Source of the DNA: Burkholderiales bacterium
GTDB taxonomy: Bacteria; Pseudomonadota; Gammaproteobacteria; Burkholderiales; SG8-41
Length of the DNA: 64,000 nt
Reading direction: 5' to 3'
Assembly (NCBI GenBank): GCA_030683105.1
Contig: JAUXMZ010000003.1
Location: forward strand, 86,703-150,702
Shown here one piece after another: positions 54,999-64,000 of the stretch. Each line of letters begins with the position of its first letter. The first letter of the stretch is position 1. Both the position numbers and the translations under genes were made by a program. The notes beneath the pieces are model-generated. The model made no database searches and was not told the origin of the DNA. It saw only the letters and a program-made list of their open reading frames with translations.

Positions 54999-55442
54999 AT
55001 GTTCAAGCACATTCTGGTTCCGACTGACGGTTCGAGGCTGTCGCACAAGGCGATGAGCGCTGCGATGAAGCTGGCGAAGCTGGCCGACTCCCGCCTCACC
55101 GTGCTGCATGTCGTGGCCCGTATCAATCCGCTGCTGTTCACAGATGGTTACGTGATCGAGCCGGAGCTGCTCAAGGATTACGAAGCAGCGGAGCACGAAA
55201 AAGGCGAGAAATACCTCAAGAAAGCGGCCGCCGCCGCTGTGAGGATGGGCGTGCGCTGCACAACCCGGCTGGTCACCTCCGATACGCCGCACAAGGTGAT
55301 CATTTCCACCGCCCGCAGCCGCGATTGCGACGTCATCGTGATGGCTTCCCACGGACGCGGCAACCTGTCGGCCTTGCTGATGGGCAGCGAAACGACTCAG
55401 GTCCTTGCCCACTGCAAACGGCCGGTGCTGGTTGTGCGCTGA
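54999..55442 (+). CDS. universal stress protein (UspA family)
   Basis: 147 aa; MFKHILVPTDGS.. and ..VMASHGRG....LMGSET..V pattern; AGGAGAAG SD. Confidence 0.88.
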   Translation: MFKHILVPTDGSRLSHKAMSAAMKLAKLADSRLTVLHVVARINPLLFTDGYVIEPELLKDYEAAEHEKGEKYLKKAAAAAVRMGVRCTTRLVTSDTPHKVIISTARSRDCDVIVMASHGRGNLSALLMGSETTQVLAHCKRPVLVVR

Positions 55443-55561
55443 CGGGGTGGAGTAAAATACATTAATAATCAAATTGTTGCACTTATTCCCCTTAGTGTGA
55501 CTTCGGCGCCGAACAGGCACTGCACCGCAGGCTGGCCCGGGCCCGTGCGTCATCCCGGCCG

Positions 55562-56659
55562 ATGATCTCCCGCATACGGCCGTTGGTGCTCGGCGAGCGG
55601 TATTCACGGCTCAAGCAGGCGCGCGCCGCGCGCCATGCCCGCATCCTGTACACCCGCAGCGAGGCCACCCCCGAGAAGACCATCGCCGTGCGCTTCGCGG
55701 CCATACTCGCGGCATTTTTGCTGGTGGTCGCCGTCTTCTGGTTCGACCGCGACGGTTTGAAGGACGCACTCGATGGCGTGGTCTCGTTCACCGACGTGCT
55801 GTATTTCACGATGGTTACCGTCACCACCGTTGGGTACGGCGATATTGTTCCGGTGTCGGACCGCGCGCGGCTGCTCGACGCATTTCTGGTCACGCCGGTG
55901 CGCATTTTCGTGTGGTTCGTGTTTCTGGGCACCGCTTACGAACTGGTGATACAGAAGGTGCTGGAGGATTTCAAAATGTCAAAACTGCATCAACAACTGA
56001 CCGGTCACATCGTGGTCTGCGGATATGGCGTGACGGGGCAGATCGCGGCAAGGGAGATGGTCGCGAAAGGCAATGCGCCGAACAAAATCGTAGTCATCGA
56101 CATGGCCGAACAGCGTTTGCAACTGGCGGCAGCATTGGGTTATGTCGGCCTGCGCGGTGATGCGGCGAGCGAAGACATAATGCGGCTGGCCAACGTGGGA
56201 AAGGCGAAAGTGGTGATGGTCAGCCCGGGGCGCGACGATACCAGCGCATTGATCGTGCTGACAGCGCGCAACATCAACCCGAAGATCAAGATCGTGGCCA
56301 GCGTCAACGAGGAGGAAAACTTCAAGCTGATCCGCCAGGCTGGCGCCAACGTCATCGTCGCGCCTTCGCGTGTCGGCGGCTTCCTGCTGGCCGACGCGGT
56401 GGAGAACTGGCATGTCGCCGAGTATGTGCTGGACCTGCTGACCGCGGACGGCAGGGTGAGCCTGGTGGAGCGTCTCGCCAGGGCTGAGGAAATCGGGAAC
56501 AATGCCCTCGAGGTCACCGACGGTTTGCTGGTCCGCATTTTCCGCAGTGGCGAAAAAATCGGTTTCTGGGAAAAGGACAAGCTCACGATCAAGGCCGGCG
56601 ATATCCTGCTGGTCATCGTGCACAACGACACCGGGGCGGAGGCCAGCCAGCAGGCCTGA
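55562..56659 (+). CDS. two-TM potassium channel with cytoplasmic RCK (TrkA-N) domain
   Basis: Selectivity filter TVTTVGYGD; Rossmann-like HIVVCGYGVTGQ after the pore domain. Confidence 0.85.
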   Translation: MISRIRPLVLGERYSRLKQARAARHARILYTRSEATPEKTIAVRFAAILAAFLLVVAVFWFDRDGLKDALDGVVSFTDVLYFTMVTVTTVGYGDIVPVSDRARLLDAFLVTPVRIFVWFVFLGTAYELVIQKVLEDFKMSKLHQQLTGHIVVCGYGVTGQIAAREMVAKGNAPNKIVVIDMAEQRLQLAAALGYVGLRGDAASEDIMRLANVGKAKVVMVSPGRDDTSALIVLTARNINPKIKIVASVNEEENFKLIRQAGANVIVAPSRVGGFLLADAVENWHVAEYVLDLLTADGRVSLVERLARAEEIGNNALEVTDGLLVRIFRSGEKIGFWEKDKLTIKAGDILLVIVHNDTGAEASQQA

Positions 56660-56683
56660 TTTGTTTGATTTGGTAACGGGCTC

Positions 56684-57010
56684 TTAGGGTAAATTCCCGC
56701 CGCGCGATTCGAGTTCCCGGATGCGGCTCTCCTTCGCGGTCACGAGTTGTTCGAGTTCAGCCACCCGTTTTTCCAGGCCACCGCTCAGGCGTTCCTGTTG
56801 CGACAGCTTCCAGCTTTTACGCATCGCGGCCGAGGTGGACAGCAGCGCGCTGAGGATGGCGCCTGCCACGAAGGTCAGGCCCAGGAGCAGCGCCAGCGAA
56901 CTTTCGAAGCGCCAGACGACGAATACCACCATTACCGTCGTGGCGTTCTGCAATGCGAAAACGATGGCGAGAATGACGATCGCCAGGGAAAAAATCAAGC
57001 GTGGGTTCAT
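56684..57010 (-). CDS. LapA family (DUF1049) inner-membrane protein
   Basis: Start moved to ATG 57010; 108 aa, two TM helices (..FALQNATTVMVVFVVWRFESSLALLL..), C-terminal coiled region; the long upstream ORF extension is discarded. Confidence 0.7.
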   Translation of the reverse strand: MNPRLIFSLAIVILAIVFALQNATTVMVVFVVWRFESSLALLLGLTFVAGAILSALLSTSAAMRKSWKLSQQERLSGGLEKRVAELEQLVTAKESRIRELESRGGNLP

Positions 57011-57169
57011 GGCTGCGTCCTTTCGTGGCCGGCACGTAATGGCCGGCAGATTGCCAGTGATGCCTGTGGACTCTATTATAGAGTAGTCTTCAATCGTGAA
57101 TCGCCGCGCGGATGAACGCGGCCGGCGTCCGAACCACGGGCGATTTTCTGCAACACCAGGAGATGGAAC

Positions 57170-59002
57170 ATGCTCCCCTCCCTGCCTGACGCCCATGCCA
57201 TTGCCGTACTGCTGCTGATCGTGGCCGCGCTGTATTTGTTTACCCGCGAGCACATCCCGCTGGAGACGTCCTCCCTGATCATCCTGGTCACCCTGGTGGT
57301 CGGCTTCGAGGTGTTCCCCTATGTGAGCAAAGATGTATTGCTGCGGTCGAGCGAATTTTTTACAGGATTCGGCAATGAGGCGCTGGTCGCCATCTGCGCC
57401 TTGATGATCGTCGGGCACGGCCTGGAAACGACCGGCGCGTTGCGGCCGCTCGCCTCACTGCTGTCGCGGATGTGGAAAATCGGCCCTCTGCTGTCTTTGC
57501 TCACGACCCTGGTGTCCGCCGCCGTGTTGAGCGCTTTTCTCAACAACACGCCCATCGTGGTCATGCTGCTGCCGATCCTGATCGGCGTGTCCCTGCGCAG
57601 CAAGCAGTCGGCCTCGGGCATCCTGATGCCCATGGGACTGGCGACGCTGGTGGGCGGCATGGCGACCACCATCGGCACCTCCACCAACCTGCTGGTGGTG
57701 GCCATCGCCTCCGACCTCGGGCTGCGCCAATTCGGGATGTTCGACTTCGCGCTGCCGGTAGTCGTGGCCGGCAGCTTCGGCATCCTCTATCTGTGGCTGA
57801 TCGCGCCGCGCCTGTTGCCGGCGCGCCAGCCGCTGCTGTCCGATACTTCGCCGCGTGTTTTCGACGCCTTGCTGCATATCAACGAGGACAGTTTCGCGAA
57901 CGGCAAACCCCTGTCAGAAGTTCTGGAAAAAACCGAGCGCAAGATGAAGGTGGAAAGCATCAGGCGCGGGGAAGGACTGACCGTCGCCAGGCTGCCCACG
58001 ACGGAATTACGCGAAGGCGACCGCCTGCTGGTGCGGGACACGCCTGAAAACCTCAAGGAGTACGAGCAGGCGCTCGGCGCGACGCTGTACAACGTCACCG
58101 ATATCGAACATCCGATCGACGAGGAACATCCGCTGTCGGCGGAAGGCCAGCAACTGGCGGAAGTGGTGGTGACCCAAGGCTCGCTGCTGCACCGGCACAC
58201 CCTCAAGCAGTTACGCTTCGCGGAGCGCTATAACCTGGTGATTCTGGCCATCCACCGTGCCCAGGGCGGGCAGGCGCTGACGGGCGACCTGAGTGACGTG
58301 CGTCTCGAAAGCGGCGACGTGCTGCTGCTGCAGGGATCGGATGAACGCATCGCCGAGTTGCGCAATAGCGGGAATCTGCTGGTGCTGGATGCGACGGTCT
58401 ATCTGCCGGAGACGCGCCGCGCCCGGCTCGCGCTCGGCATCATGTTCGGCGTGGTGGTCCTGGCTGCAACGGGCATCATGCCGATCTCGATCAGCGCGCT
58501 GTGTGGCGTCGCGCTGATGCTGCTGACGCGCTGCATGGATTGGGAGGATGCGGCCTCCGCCCTGAGCACCAGCGTGATCCTGATCGTGGTGGTCAGCCTG
58601 GCATTGGGCACCGCCCTGATGCGCACCGGAGGCGCGGAATACCTGGCCAGCCTGTACGTCGCCGTGTCATCCGGCATGCCGACCGTCGTGGTGTTGGGCG
58701 GTCTGATGCTGGTCATGGCGGTGCTGACCAATGTGGTGTCCAACAACGCGGCGGCGGTGATTGGCACGCCAGTCGCGGTCAGTATCGCGACCCAGCTCGG
58801 GGTTCCCGCCGAACCGTTCGTGCTGGCGGTGCTGTTCGGCGCCAACATGAGCTATGCGACCCCCATGGGCTACCAGACCAATCTGCTGGTTTTCAGCGCC
58901 GGCGGCTACAAGTTCTCGGATTTCCTGCGTGTGGGCATCCCGCTGACGCTGATCATGTGGGCGGGCCTGCTGTCCATGCTGATGTTCACATACAAACTAT
59001 AA
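57170..59002 (+). CDS. SLC13/DASS family permease with two central TrkA-C (RCK_C) domains
   Basis: 610 aa; TM blocks at both ends, central soluble ~200 aa with two repeats (..GKPLSEV..VESIRRGE.. and ..LKQLRFAERYNLVILAIHR..). Confidence 0.8.
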   Translation: MLPSLPDAHAIAVLLLIVAALYLFTREHIPLETSSLIILVTLVVGFEVFPYVSKDVLLRSSEFFTGFGNEALVAICALMIVGHGLETTGALRPLASLLSRMWKIGPLLSLLTTLVSAAVLSAFLNNTPIVVMLLPILIGVSLRSKQSASGILMPMGLATLVGGMATTIGTSTNLLVVAIASDLGLRQFGMFDFALPVVVAGSFGILYLWLIAPRLLPARQPLLSDTSPRVFDALLHINEDSFANGKPLSEVLEKTERKMKVESIRRGEGLTVARLPTTELREGDRLLVRDTPENLKEYEQALGATLYNVTDIEHPIDEEHPLSAEGQQLAEVVVTQGSLLHRHTLKQLRFAERYNLVILAIHRAQGGQALTGDLSDVRLESGDVLLLQGSDERIAELRNSGNLLVLDATVYLPETRRARLALGIMFGVVVLAATGIMPISISALCGVALMLLTRCMDWEDAASALSTSVILIVVVSLALGTALMRTGGAEYLASLYVAVSSGMPTVVVLGGLMLVMAVLTNVVSNNAAAVIGTPVAVSIATQLGVPAEPFVLAVLFGANMSYATPMGYQTNLLVFSAGGYKFSDFLRVGIPLTLIMWAGLLSMLMFTYKL

Positions 59003-59017
59003 GGGCCGTACGCGGCA

Positions 59018-61144
59018 TCATGTTGGCGGCGGGGCGGGCTGGAGCGGGCAAAACTTGGCATCAAAAGCCGGATCGTTGATCCACTGGTAAATCGCATCCA
59101 GCGCCTCATCCTCGGTGCGGAAGAAATGCTGGGCGCCGATTTCCGCGTACAGTCCGGTGCTTTCCATCACCTGCAGCACCTGCATTTTCAGTCCGCAGAA
59201 CACCATGGTAATCCCGTTTTCATGCAGCCGCCGCGTCAGGTGGCGCACGACCTCGTCGCCCGAACCGTCGATTTCGTTGATGGCATCGCCCACCACCAGA
59301 ATGAATTTCGCCGCCGGGCTGCGCGCGGATTCTTCCAGTATCGCGTCCTCAAAATAAGGCACGTTCGCGAAGTAGAGCGAGCCGTCAAAGCGGATGACGA
59401 TGATGTGCTCGCTGGTTTTCAGATTGTGCAATCTGGCGTCGCGCAACGTGCCGTCGGGATGGCGGCCGAGTACAGCCACCCGCGGCCGCATGGTGCGGTA
59501 CAGGTAGAGCACGATCGCGAGTCCCGCGCCCACCAGGATGCCGGTATCGAGATGCGGCGCGAACCCCAGTGTGGCAAAGAAAGTGATCGCCGCGGCAACC
59601 CCGTCGTGCCGGTGTGCTTTCCAGGCGTGTTTGATGGCCTCGAAATTGACCAGGTTGATCACCGCCATCATGATCACCGCTGCCAGCACCGCCTGGGGCA
59701 GGTGGTACAGCAGCGGCGTGAAAAACAGCAGCGTCACCAGCACGATGACTCCGGCGAAGACCGACGACAGGCCGGTGACGGCGCCGGCGCTCAGATTCAC
59801 CGCGGAGCGTGAAAATGATCCGCTGACCGGGAATGACTGGGCCAGGCTGCCGACGATATTGGCCAGTCCCTGTCCGATCAGTTCCTGGTTGGGGTCGATG
59901 CGCTGCCGGGTCTTGGTGGCCATGGCCTTGGCGATCGATACCGCCTCCATGAAGCCGACCAGCGTGATGACCAGCGCCGTCGACAACAGGGTGCCGAGCA
60001 TGTCCACGCTGAACCTGGGCCAGGAGACGGCAGGAACACCGGAGGGAACCCGCCCGACGACTTCGCCGCCGCCGCTCAGCAGGATCCTGTCTTGGGTGAT
60101 GCTGGCTACGCGCCAGTGGTGGCCGTCGGTTTTGACATCTTCCGGGACGAGTCTGTCGAGATAAATCCGCGGTGCCGTGCCATCGGCGCCGGGCGCGCGC
60201 ACGAATACAAAGCGACGCAGCTCGCGCATGCGCAGTCGATGTTCGCGCTCTATCGTTTTTATTTCGGTTTTCAGAATTTCGATGTCATAGCCGACTGCCA
60301 GTGCCCGGGGATGAGTCTGGCCGACTTGTTTTTCCAGTTTCTGCAGATCGGTCGCTTTGGCTGCGATCTCAATCTGCAGCTCCCGCGTCCGGTTGGCGGT
60401 GGCCACGGCATATTCGATCGAATTCCTTGCGGTGTCGTTCTGGAACTGCGAGAGGTCGGCGCTGCTGTTCTGCTCGAAAACGATGGCCCAACTGACCACG
60501 GTGGAAAGGCCGACTACGATCAGCACGCCGGGCCACTTCGGCCGGTACTTTCTGAGCAGCAACATCAGGGCAAGCGCCGCCAGACCCATTAACAGGGTCG
60601 GGATATGGGTATCCCTGACCTGCTGCAGCACGCCCAGGATGTCCATCAGGAAATGGTCGGTGCGCGCGACGGGCACACCCAGGATCTTGTTGAGCTGCGA
60701 CAGCGCGATGATGATCGCCGCCGCATTGGTGAAACCGACGATCACCGGATGCGACAGAAAATTGATGATGGCGCCCAGGCGGAACACGCCGATCGCGATT
60801 TCCATCAACCCGACCATCAGCGCGAGGACGATCGCCAGCGCGATGAACTGTTCGGTGCCGGGTGCGGCGAACTGCGCGAGCGCCGAACCGGTGAGCAGCG
60901 ATACCATGGCCACCGGCCCGGTCGACAGCTGGTGGGACGAGCCCCACATCGCGCCGATGAGCACCGGCAGAAAGGATGCGTACAGCCCGTAGTAGGCGGG
61001 AAGCCCGGCAAGTTGCGCATATGCCATCGACTGCGGCACCAGCACCATGGCCACAGTAATCCCGGCGAGCAGGTCTGCGCGCAGGCTGAGCCTGTTAAGC
61101 GGGAACCAGTTCAGGAACGGGAATAAGCGCTTCACCGAATTCAT
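59018..61144 (-). CDS. SulP family anion transporter with STAS domain and a ~135-aa coiled-coil-like insertion
   Basis: 708 aa; SulP N-terminal motif ..LLAGITVAMVLVPQSMAYAQLAGLP.., C-terminal STAS; extra segment (residues ~224-360) absent from the neighbouring paralogue. Confidence 0.85.
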   Translation of the reverse strand: MNSVKRLFPFLNWFPLNRLSLRADLLAGITVAMVLVPQSMAYAQLAGLPAYYGLYASFLPVLIGAMWGSSHQLSTGPVAMVSLLTGSALAQFAAPGTEQFIALAIVLALMVGLMEIAIGVFRLGAIINFLSHPVIVGFTNAAAIIIALSQLNKILGVPVARTDHFLMDILGVLQQVRDTHIPTLLMGLAALALMLLLRKYRPKWPGVLIVVGLSTVVSWAIVFEQNSSADLSQFQNDTARNSIEYAVATANRTRELQIEIAAKATDLQKLEKQVGQTHPRALAVGYDIEILKTEIKTIEREHRLRMRELRRFVFVRAPGADGTAPRIYLDRLVPEDVKTDGHHWRVASITQDRILLSGGGEVVGRVPSGVPAVSWPRFSVDMLGTLLSTALVITLVGFMEAVSIAKAMATKTRQRIDPNQELIGQGLANIVGSLAQSFPVSGSFSRSAVNLSAGAVTGLSSVFAGVIVLVTLLFFTPLLYHLPQAVLAAVIMMAVINLVNFEAIKHAWKAHRHDGVAAAITFFATLGFAPHLDTGILVGAGLAIVLYLYRTMRPRVAVLGRHPDGTLRDARLHNLKTSEHIIVIRFDGSLYFANVPYFEDAILEESARSPAAKFILVVGDAINEIDGSGDEVVRHLTRRLHENGITMVFCGLKMQVLQVMESTGLYAEIGAQHFFRTEDEALDAIYQWINDPAFDAKFCPLQPAPPPT

Positions 61145-61180
61145 GTCAGGGACGGTCCGGCGGCATTAACCGCAGCGAGC

Positions 61181-63025
61181 TTAATTCTTGACGTCATGTT
61201 CTGTGCCGCGTGTATCAGCAGGCGCAGCAGGCGCCTGCCGCGGTTCGCCGTTGGGCAGGCGCTCGTGGCAATCCCGGAAGATCTTCACCTTGCAGTGGCG
61301 GCAAATCTCGGAGTCGAGTTTAGGATAAATGTAGGAAACGGGCCTGGCTTTGACCGGGAAAAAATTCTCCTTACCCAGGCTGGCCATATATCCGCCCTGA
61401 TCCAGCAGCTTTTGCACTTCATTTTTCACGCGGTAGAAGTAGAGTCCCCCGCCAAGCATGCGTCGCCGCCGCGATTCCTGCACCAGCATCTCCGCACCAG
61501 GCATGTCGATGAAATTGATGCCGCTGGCGACGATGAGCAGGTGCTTCTGGCGGTGATTGACCTCGTCGACCTCCTCGAGATTGCGGTGGACATGGTCAAC
61601 CGCCCCGAAGAAAATCGAGCCGTTGATACGCAGCATCTTGAGCTGCGGGCAATCAGGCAGCCCGGTGTCCACCGAATAATGATAGCTGCCTTCGGTCGGG
61701 TCGGGCTTGACGTCGAGGATCAGCGGCCGGGAGGTGCGTGTCAGGTACAACATCAGCGACAGCAGCACTCCGGCGTAGATGGCAAATTCCAGGTCGGCGA
61801 ACAGCGCCGAGAAGAAAGTGACCAGCATGACCACGATTTCCTGGCGGCTGGTTTTGAAAACCGACCTGATGTATTCAAGGTCTATCAGCCCGTAGGCGAC
61901 CATGAACAGAATCGCGCCCATCACGGCGAGCGGCAGATATTGCGCCAGCGGTGCGACCAGCAGCAGGATGGCGATCAGCGTCAGCGCCGAAAAGATCGCC
62001 GCCAGAGGTGTTTTCGCGCCGGACTCGTAGTTGAGGCCACTGCGGTTGAAGGAGCCGCTCGCGGCATAGGCGGAGAAGAAGCTGCCGAAAACGTTCGACA
62101 GGCCCTGGCCGATAAATTCCTGGTTGCCGTCGATGCGCTGCCCTGACTTGACGCCGATCGCGCGCGCGATCGACACCGCCTCCGTGAGCGCGAGGATGGT
62201 GACCGCCAGCGCCACCGGCAGCGTTTTCTTGATGGAATCGGCGGACAAGTCGGGCCGCGAAAGTTCGGGCAGGCTCCCGGGCAGCGCGCCGACCGTGGCG
62301 ATATGGGTGACGTCATGGCCGAAAAATGCGTTCAAGGCGACTGCAACCAAGCTGCCAACCAGCATCGCGGCGATCATGTAGGGAAACTTCGGAAAGTACT
62401 TGCGGCACAGCACGCCGGCGAGCAGCGTAACCGCGCCGACAGCGGTGACGTAGGGATTAATGTGCGTGATGTGGGCGAGGAAGAATGCCCAGGTGTCGGA
62501 GAATGACGAGCCGCGCGGGACATCCATGCCGAAGAAGTTGTTGACCTGTGCGGCGAGAATCAGGCAGGCCGCGCCGGTCGTGAAACTGACGATCACGGTG
62601 TGGGAGATGAAATTGACCAGCGCGCCCATGCGCGCCAGGCCCATCGCGAGTTGCATGACGCCGGCAAGAAAGGTCAGCGTCAGCACCAGCCGGATATATT
62701 CCGCGCTGCCGGGTTCGGCCAGCGGGCTCAAGCTGGCGAACACGAAGATCGAGATGACGTTGGTGGGTCCGGATACGAGATGCCATGATGATCCGAACAG
62801 CGCGGCTATCACGGCGGGGATCATCGCTGCATACAGGCCGTACTGGGGAGGCAGTCCGGCAAGCGTCGCAAACGCCACGCCCTGCGGCAACACCACGATC
62901 GCGCCGATCAACCCGGCGATCGCGTCGGTACGCAGACTGCTGCGATTGACGCGTGGCCACCAGCGCAGGAATGGAAACAGCCTGGGCAGCCATTGTGCAG
63001 AAGGCAATAAGTGTGTGAGTTTCAA
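61181..63025 (-). CDS. SulP family anion transporter with STAS domain
   Basis: ..AIAGLIGAIVVLPQGVAFATLAGLP.. motif and STAS domain; no in-frame ATG near the conserved N-terminus, so TTG 63025 is proposed; the ORF-track ATG at 63181 would overlap the divergent cytochrome gene. Confidence 0.8.
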   Translation of the reverse strand: MKLTHLLPSAQWLPRLFPFLRWWPRVNRSSLRTDAIAGLIGAIVVLPQGVAFATLAGLPPQYGLYAAMIPAVIAALFGSSWHLVSGPTNVISIFVFASLSPLAEPGSAEYIRLVLTLTFLAGVMQLAMGLARMGALVNFISHTVIVSFTTGAACLILAAQVNNFFGMDVPRGSSFSDTWAFFLAHITHINPYVTAVGAVTLLAGVLCRKYFPKFPYMIAAMLVGSLVAVALNAFFGHDVTHIATVGALPGSLPELSRPDLSADSIKKTLPVALAVTILALTEAVSIARAIGVKSGQRIDGNQEFIGQGLSNVFGSFFSAYAASGSFNRSGLNYESGAKTPLAAIFSALTLIAILLLVAPLAQYLPLAVMGAILFMVAYGLIDLEYIRSVFKTSRQEIVVMLVTFFSALFADLEFAIYAGVLLSLMLYLTRTSRPLILDVKPDPTEGSYHYSVDTGLPDCPQLKMLRINGSIFFGAVDHVHRNLEEVDEVNHRQKHLLIVASGINFIDMPGAEMLVQESRRRRMLGGGLYFYRVKNEVQKLLDQGGYMASLGKENFFPVKARPVSYIYPKLDSEICRHCKVKIFRDCHERLPNGEPRQAPAAPADTRGTEHDVKN

Positions 63026-63160
63026 GTTATGAGTGATTGAGGACGGCTTGCAGCAGCTATTATCGTCTATCGCTCGGCAAGTGAGCAATGCCGGGGCAAC
63101 CCGCCGGGGTTTTTCGGGTATAATCGCGCCCGAAGAAATATCCCCGCAATCACACAGAAG

Positions 63161-63517
63161 ATGATCGATATGAAACTTCAAAAATATTTCGCAATGGCGG
63201 CTGCGCTGTTGTTATTTGCAGCGGCAGGCGGACTCCACGCCGCATCCGGCGACCCGGTTGCCGGCAAGAAGAAAACCACGATGTGCATCGGTTGTCACGG
63301 CATCGGCGGTTACAAGACCGCGTTTCCCGAGGTGTACAGCGTGCCCAAGATAGGCGGCCAGCACGCAGCCTATATCGTCAAGGCGCTGCAGGAATACAAA
63401 TCCGGCGCGCGCAGTCATCCGTCGATGAAAGCCATTGCGGCCGGTCTGTCCGATCAGGATATGGCGGATCTCGCGGCGTATTATGCAACCGACTCGGTGA
63501 AGTCGGCAGGCAAGTGA
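63161..63517 (+). CDS. monohaem c-type cytochrome (cytochrome c4 half-like)
   Basis: Signal peptide, CIGCH haem-binding site, ..GGQHAAYIVKALQEYKSGAR.. pattern; start may be ATG 63170. Confidence 0.85.
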   Translation: MIDMKLQKYFAMAAALLLFAAAGGLHAASGDPVAGKKKTTMCIGCHGIGGYKTAFPEVYSVPKIGGQHAAYIVKALQEYKSGARSHPSMKAIAAGLSDQDMADLAAYYATDSVKSAGK

Positions 63518-63546
63518 CAGCGGACAAATCAGTGAGGAATCTATCG

Positions 63547-63870
63547 ATGGATAAAAAGATTTTATTGGCTGCCTGCTGTGCAGCATTCTTCGCCAGCGCG
63601 TCGGCCATGGCAGCGGATCCTGCCGCGGGCAAGGAAAAATCGAAAACCTGCGCCGCATGCCACGGTTCCGACGGCAACAGTCAGTCAGCAGAATTCCCGC
63701 GGCTTGCGGGACAGCATTATGATTACCTGGTGAAGGTGCTCGGCGACTATAAATCGGGCGCGCGCAAAAATGCCGTCATGGCGCCGATGGTGGCGAATCT
63801 GTCCAAGCGTGACATCGCCGATCTCGCTGCGTATTACTCGAGTCAGCAGGGGCTGGCCATCAAGCGCTAG
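63547..63870 (+). CDS. monohaem c-type cytochrome (cytochrome c4 half-like)
   Basis: Start set at ATG 63547 (MDKKILLAACC.. signal peptide), CAACH site, ..AGQHYDYLVKVLGDYKSGAR..; paralogue of the preceding gene. Confidence 0.85.
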   Translation: MDKKILLAACCAAFFASASAMAADPAAGKEKSKTCAACHGSDGNSQSAEFPRLAGQHYDYLVKVLGDYKSGARKNAVMAPMVANLSKRDIADLAAYYSSQQGLAIKR

Positions 63871-63965
63871 CAGCCTGTCGGACTTGGCTCCATTCACCGG
63901 AACGCGTAGCGTTAACGAATCGCTGTTGATCGACGCTTCGGCGCCAGGCTGCTTAAGAAGAGGCT
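63868..63965. repeat. roughly 100-nt structured repeat element, copy 2
   Basis: Aligns with 39845-39944 (about 10 differences including 2 single-base indels); again its first three bases are the TAG stop of the upstream gene. Confidence 0.85.
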
Positions 63966-64000
63966 GTAGGTCGGCAATGCCCCCACGACACGTTAGCGGA

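Noticed and set aside
54279-55607. 442-aa ORF covering the adenosyltransferase gene and extending over the UspA gene on the other strand
   Set aside because: Only the last 183 aa (from MANRLTRIYTRTGDDGTT) match the PduO-type family. The upstream 259 aa are shadow sequence opposite uspA.
38522-56659. A dedicated cyclic-nucleotide signalling module (class III cyclase, cNMP-binding protein, RCK K+ channel)
   Set aside because: The three genes are 11 kb and 4 kb apart, separated by housekeeping genes, and the channel carries an RCK domain rather than a cNMP-binding domain. There is no positional evidence that they form one system.
56684-57418. 244-aa ORF upstream extension of the LapA-like gene
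   Set aside because: The N-terminal 136 aa are low-complexity and overlap the SLC13 gene start region. The conserved two-TM LapA-like protein starts at ATG 57010.
1-64000. Mobile genetic element, prophage, defence island or toxin-antitoxin system
   Set aside because: No transposase, integrase, recombinase, phage structural gene, restriction-modification gene, cas gene or recognisable defence or toxin gene was found. The only TA-like trace is the truncated antitoxin-like mini-ORF at 24223. Repeat elements here appear non-autonomous.

Overview
High-GC chromosomal segment with proteobacterial, probably betaproteobacterial, gene content. I see no rRNA, tRNA, CRISPR, transposase, integrase or phage genes. 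About 60 CDS can be supported. Core genes: glnE, a yhdP-like giant envelope protein, a Nit-family hydrolase, tldD, a class I DAHP synthase, ilvE, waaF and cinA. Accessory metabolism: five orphan Bug/TctC solute receptors, RidA-family proteins (one with three fused domains), amidohydrolases and a tcuA-tcuB-containing six-gene cluster. Signalling: GAF-GGDEF protein, class III nucleotide cyclase, cNMP-binding protein, RIO-like kinase. Transport block: K+ channel, SLC13 permease, two SulP permeases, two monohaem cytochromes c. Three genes look decayed: an amidohydrolase with an internal deletion, an EAL-domain tail, and a frameshifted DUF3293-like gene. The most unusual signal is non-coding. At least 22 tandem arrays have a strict 7-nt period (3-17 units). 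Twelve begin within 0-25 nt of a stop codon, always with the GT-starting strand in the sense orientation. Some are paired as inverted arrays that can fold into long hairpins. They co-occur with three other small repeat families: a roughly 100-nt structured element that supplies the TAG stop of two genes, a CCGCCAAGG/CGCAGAT-type element that forms the 3' tail of the btuF-like gene, and a TACCCG-CTTGA-CGGGTA hairpin motif. No transcription-factor gene was recognised anywhere in the 64 kb. All family calls come from reading the translated ORFs by eye; nothing was searched against a database.
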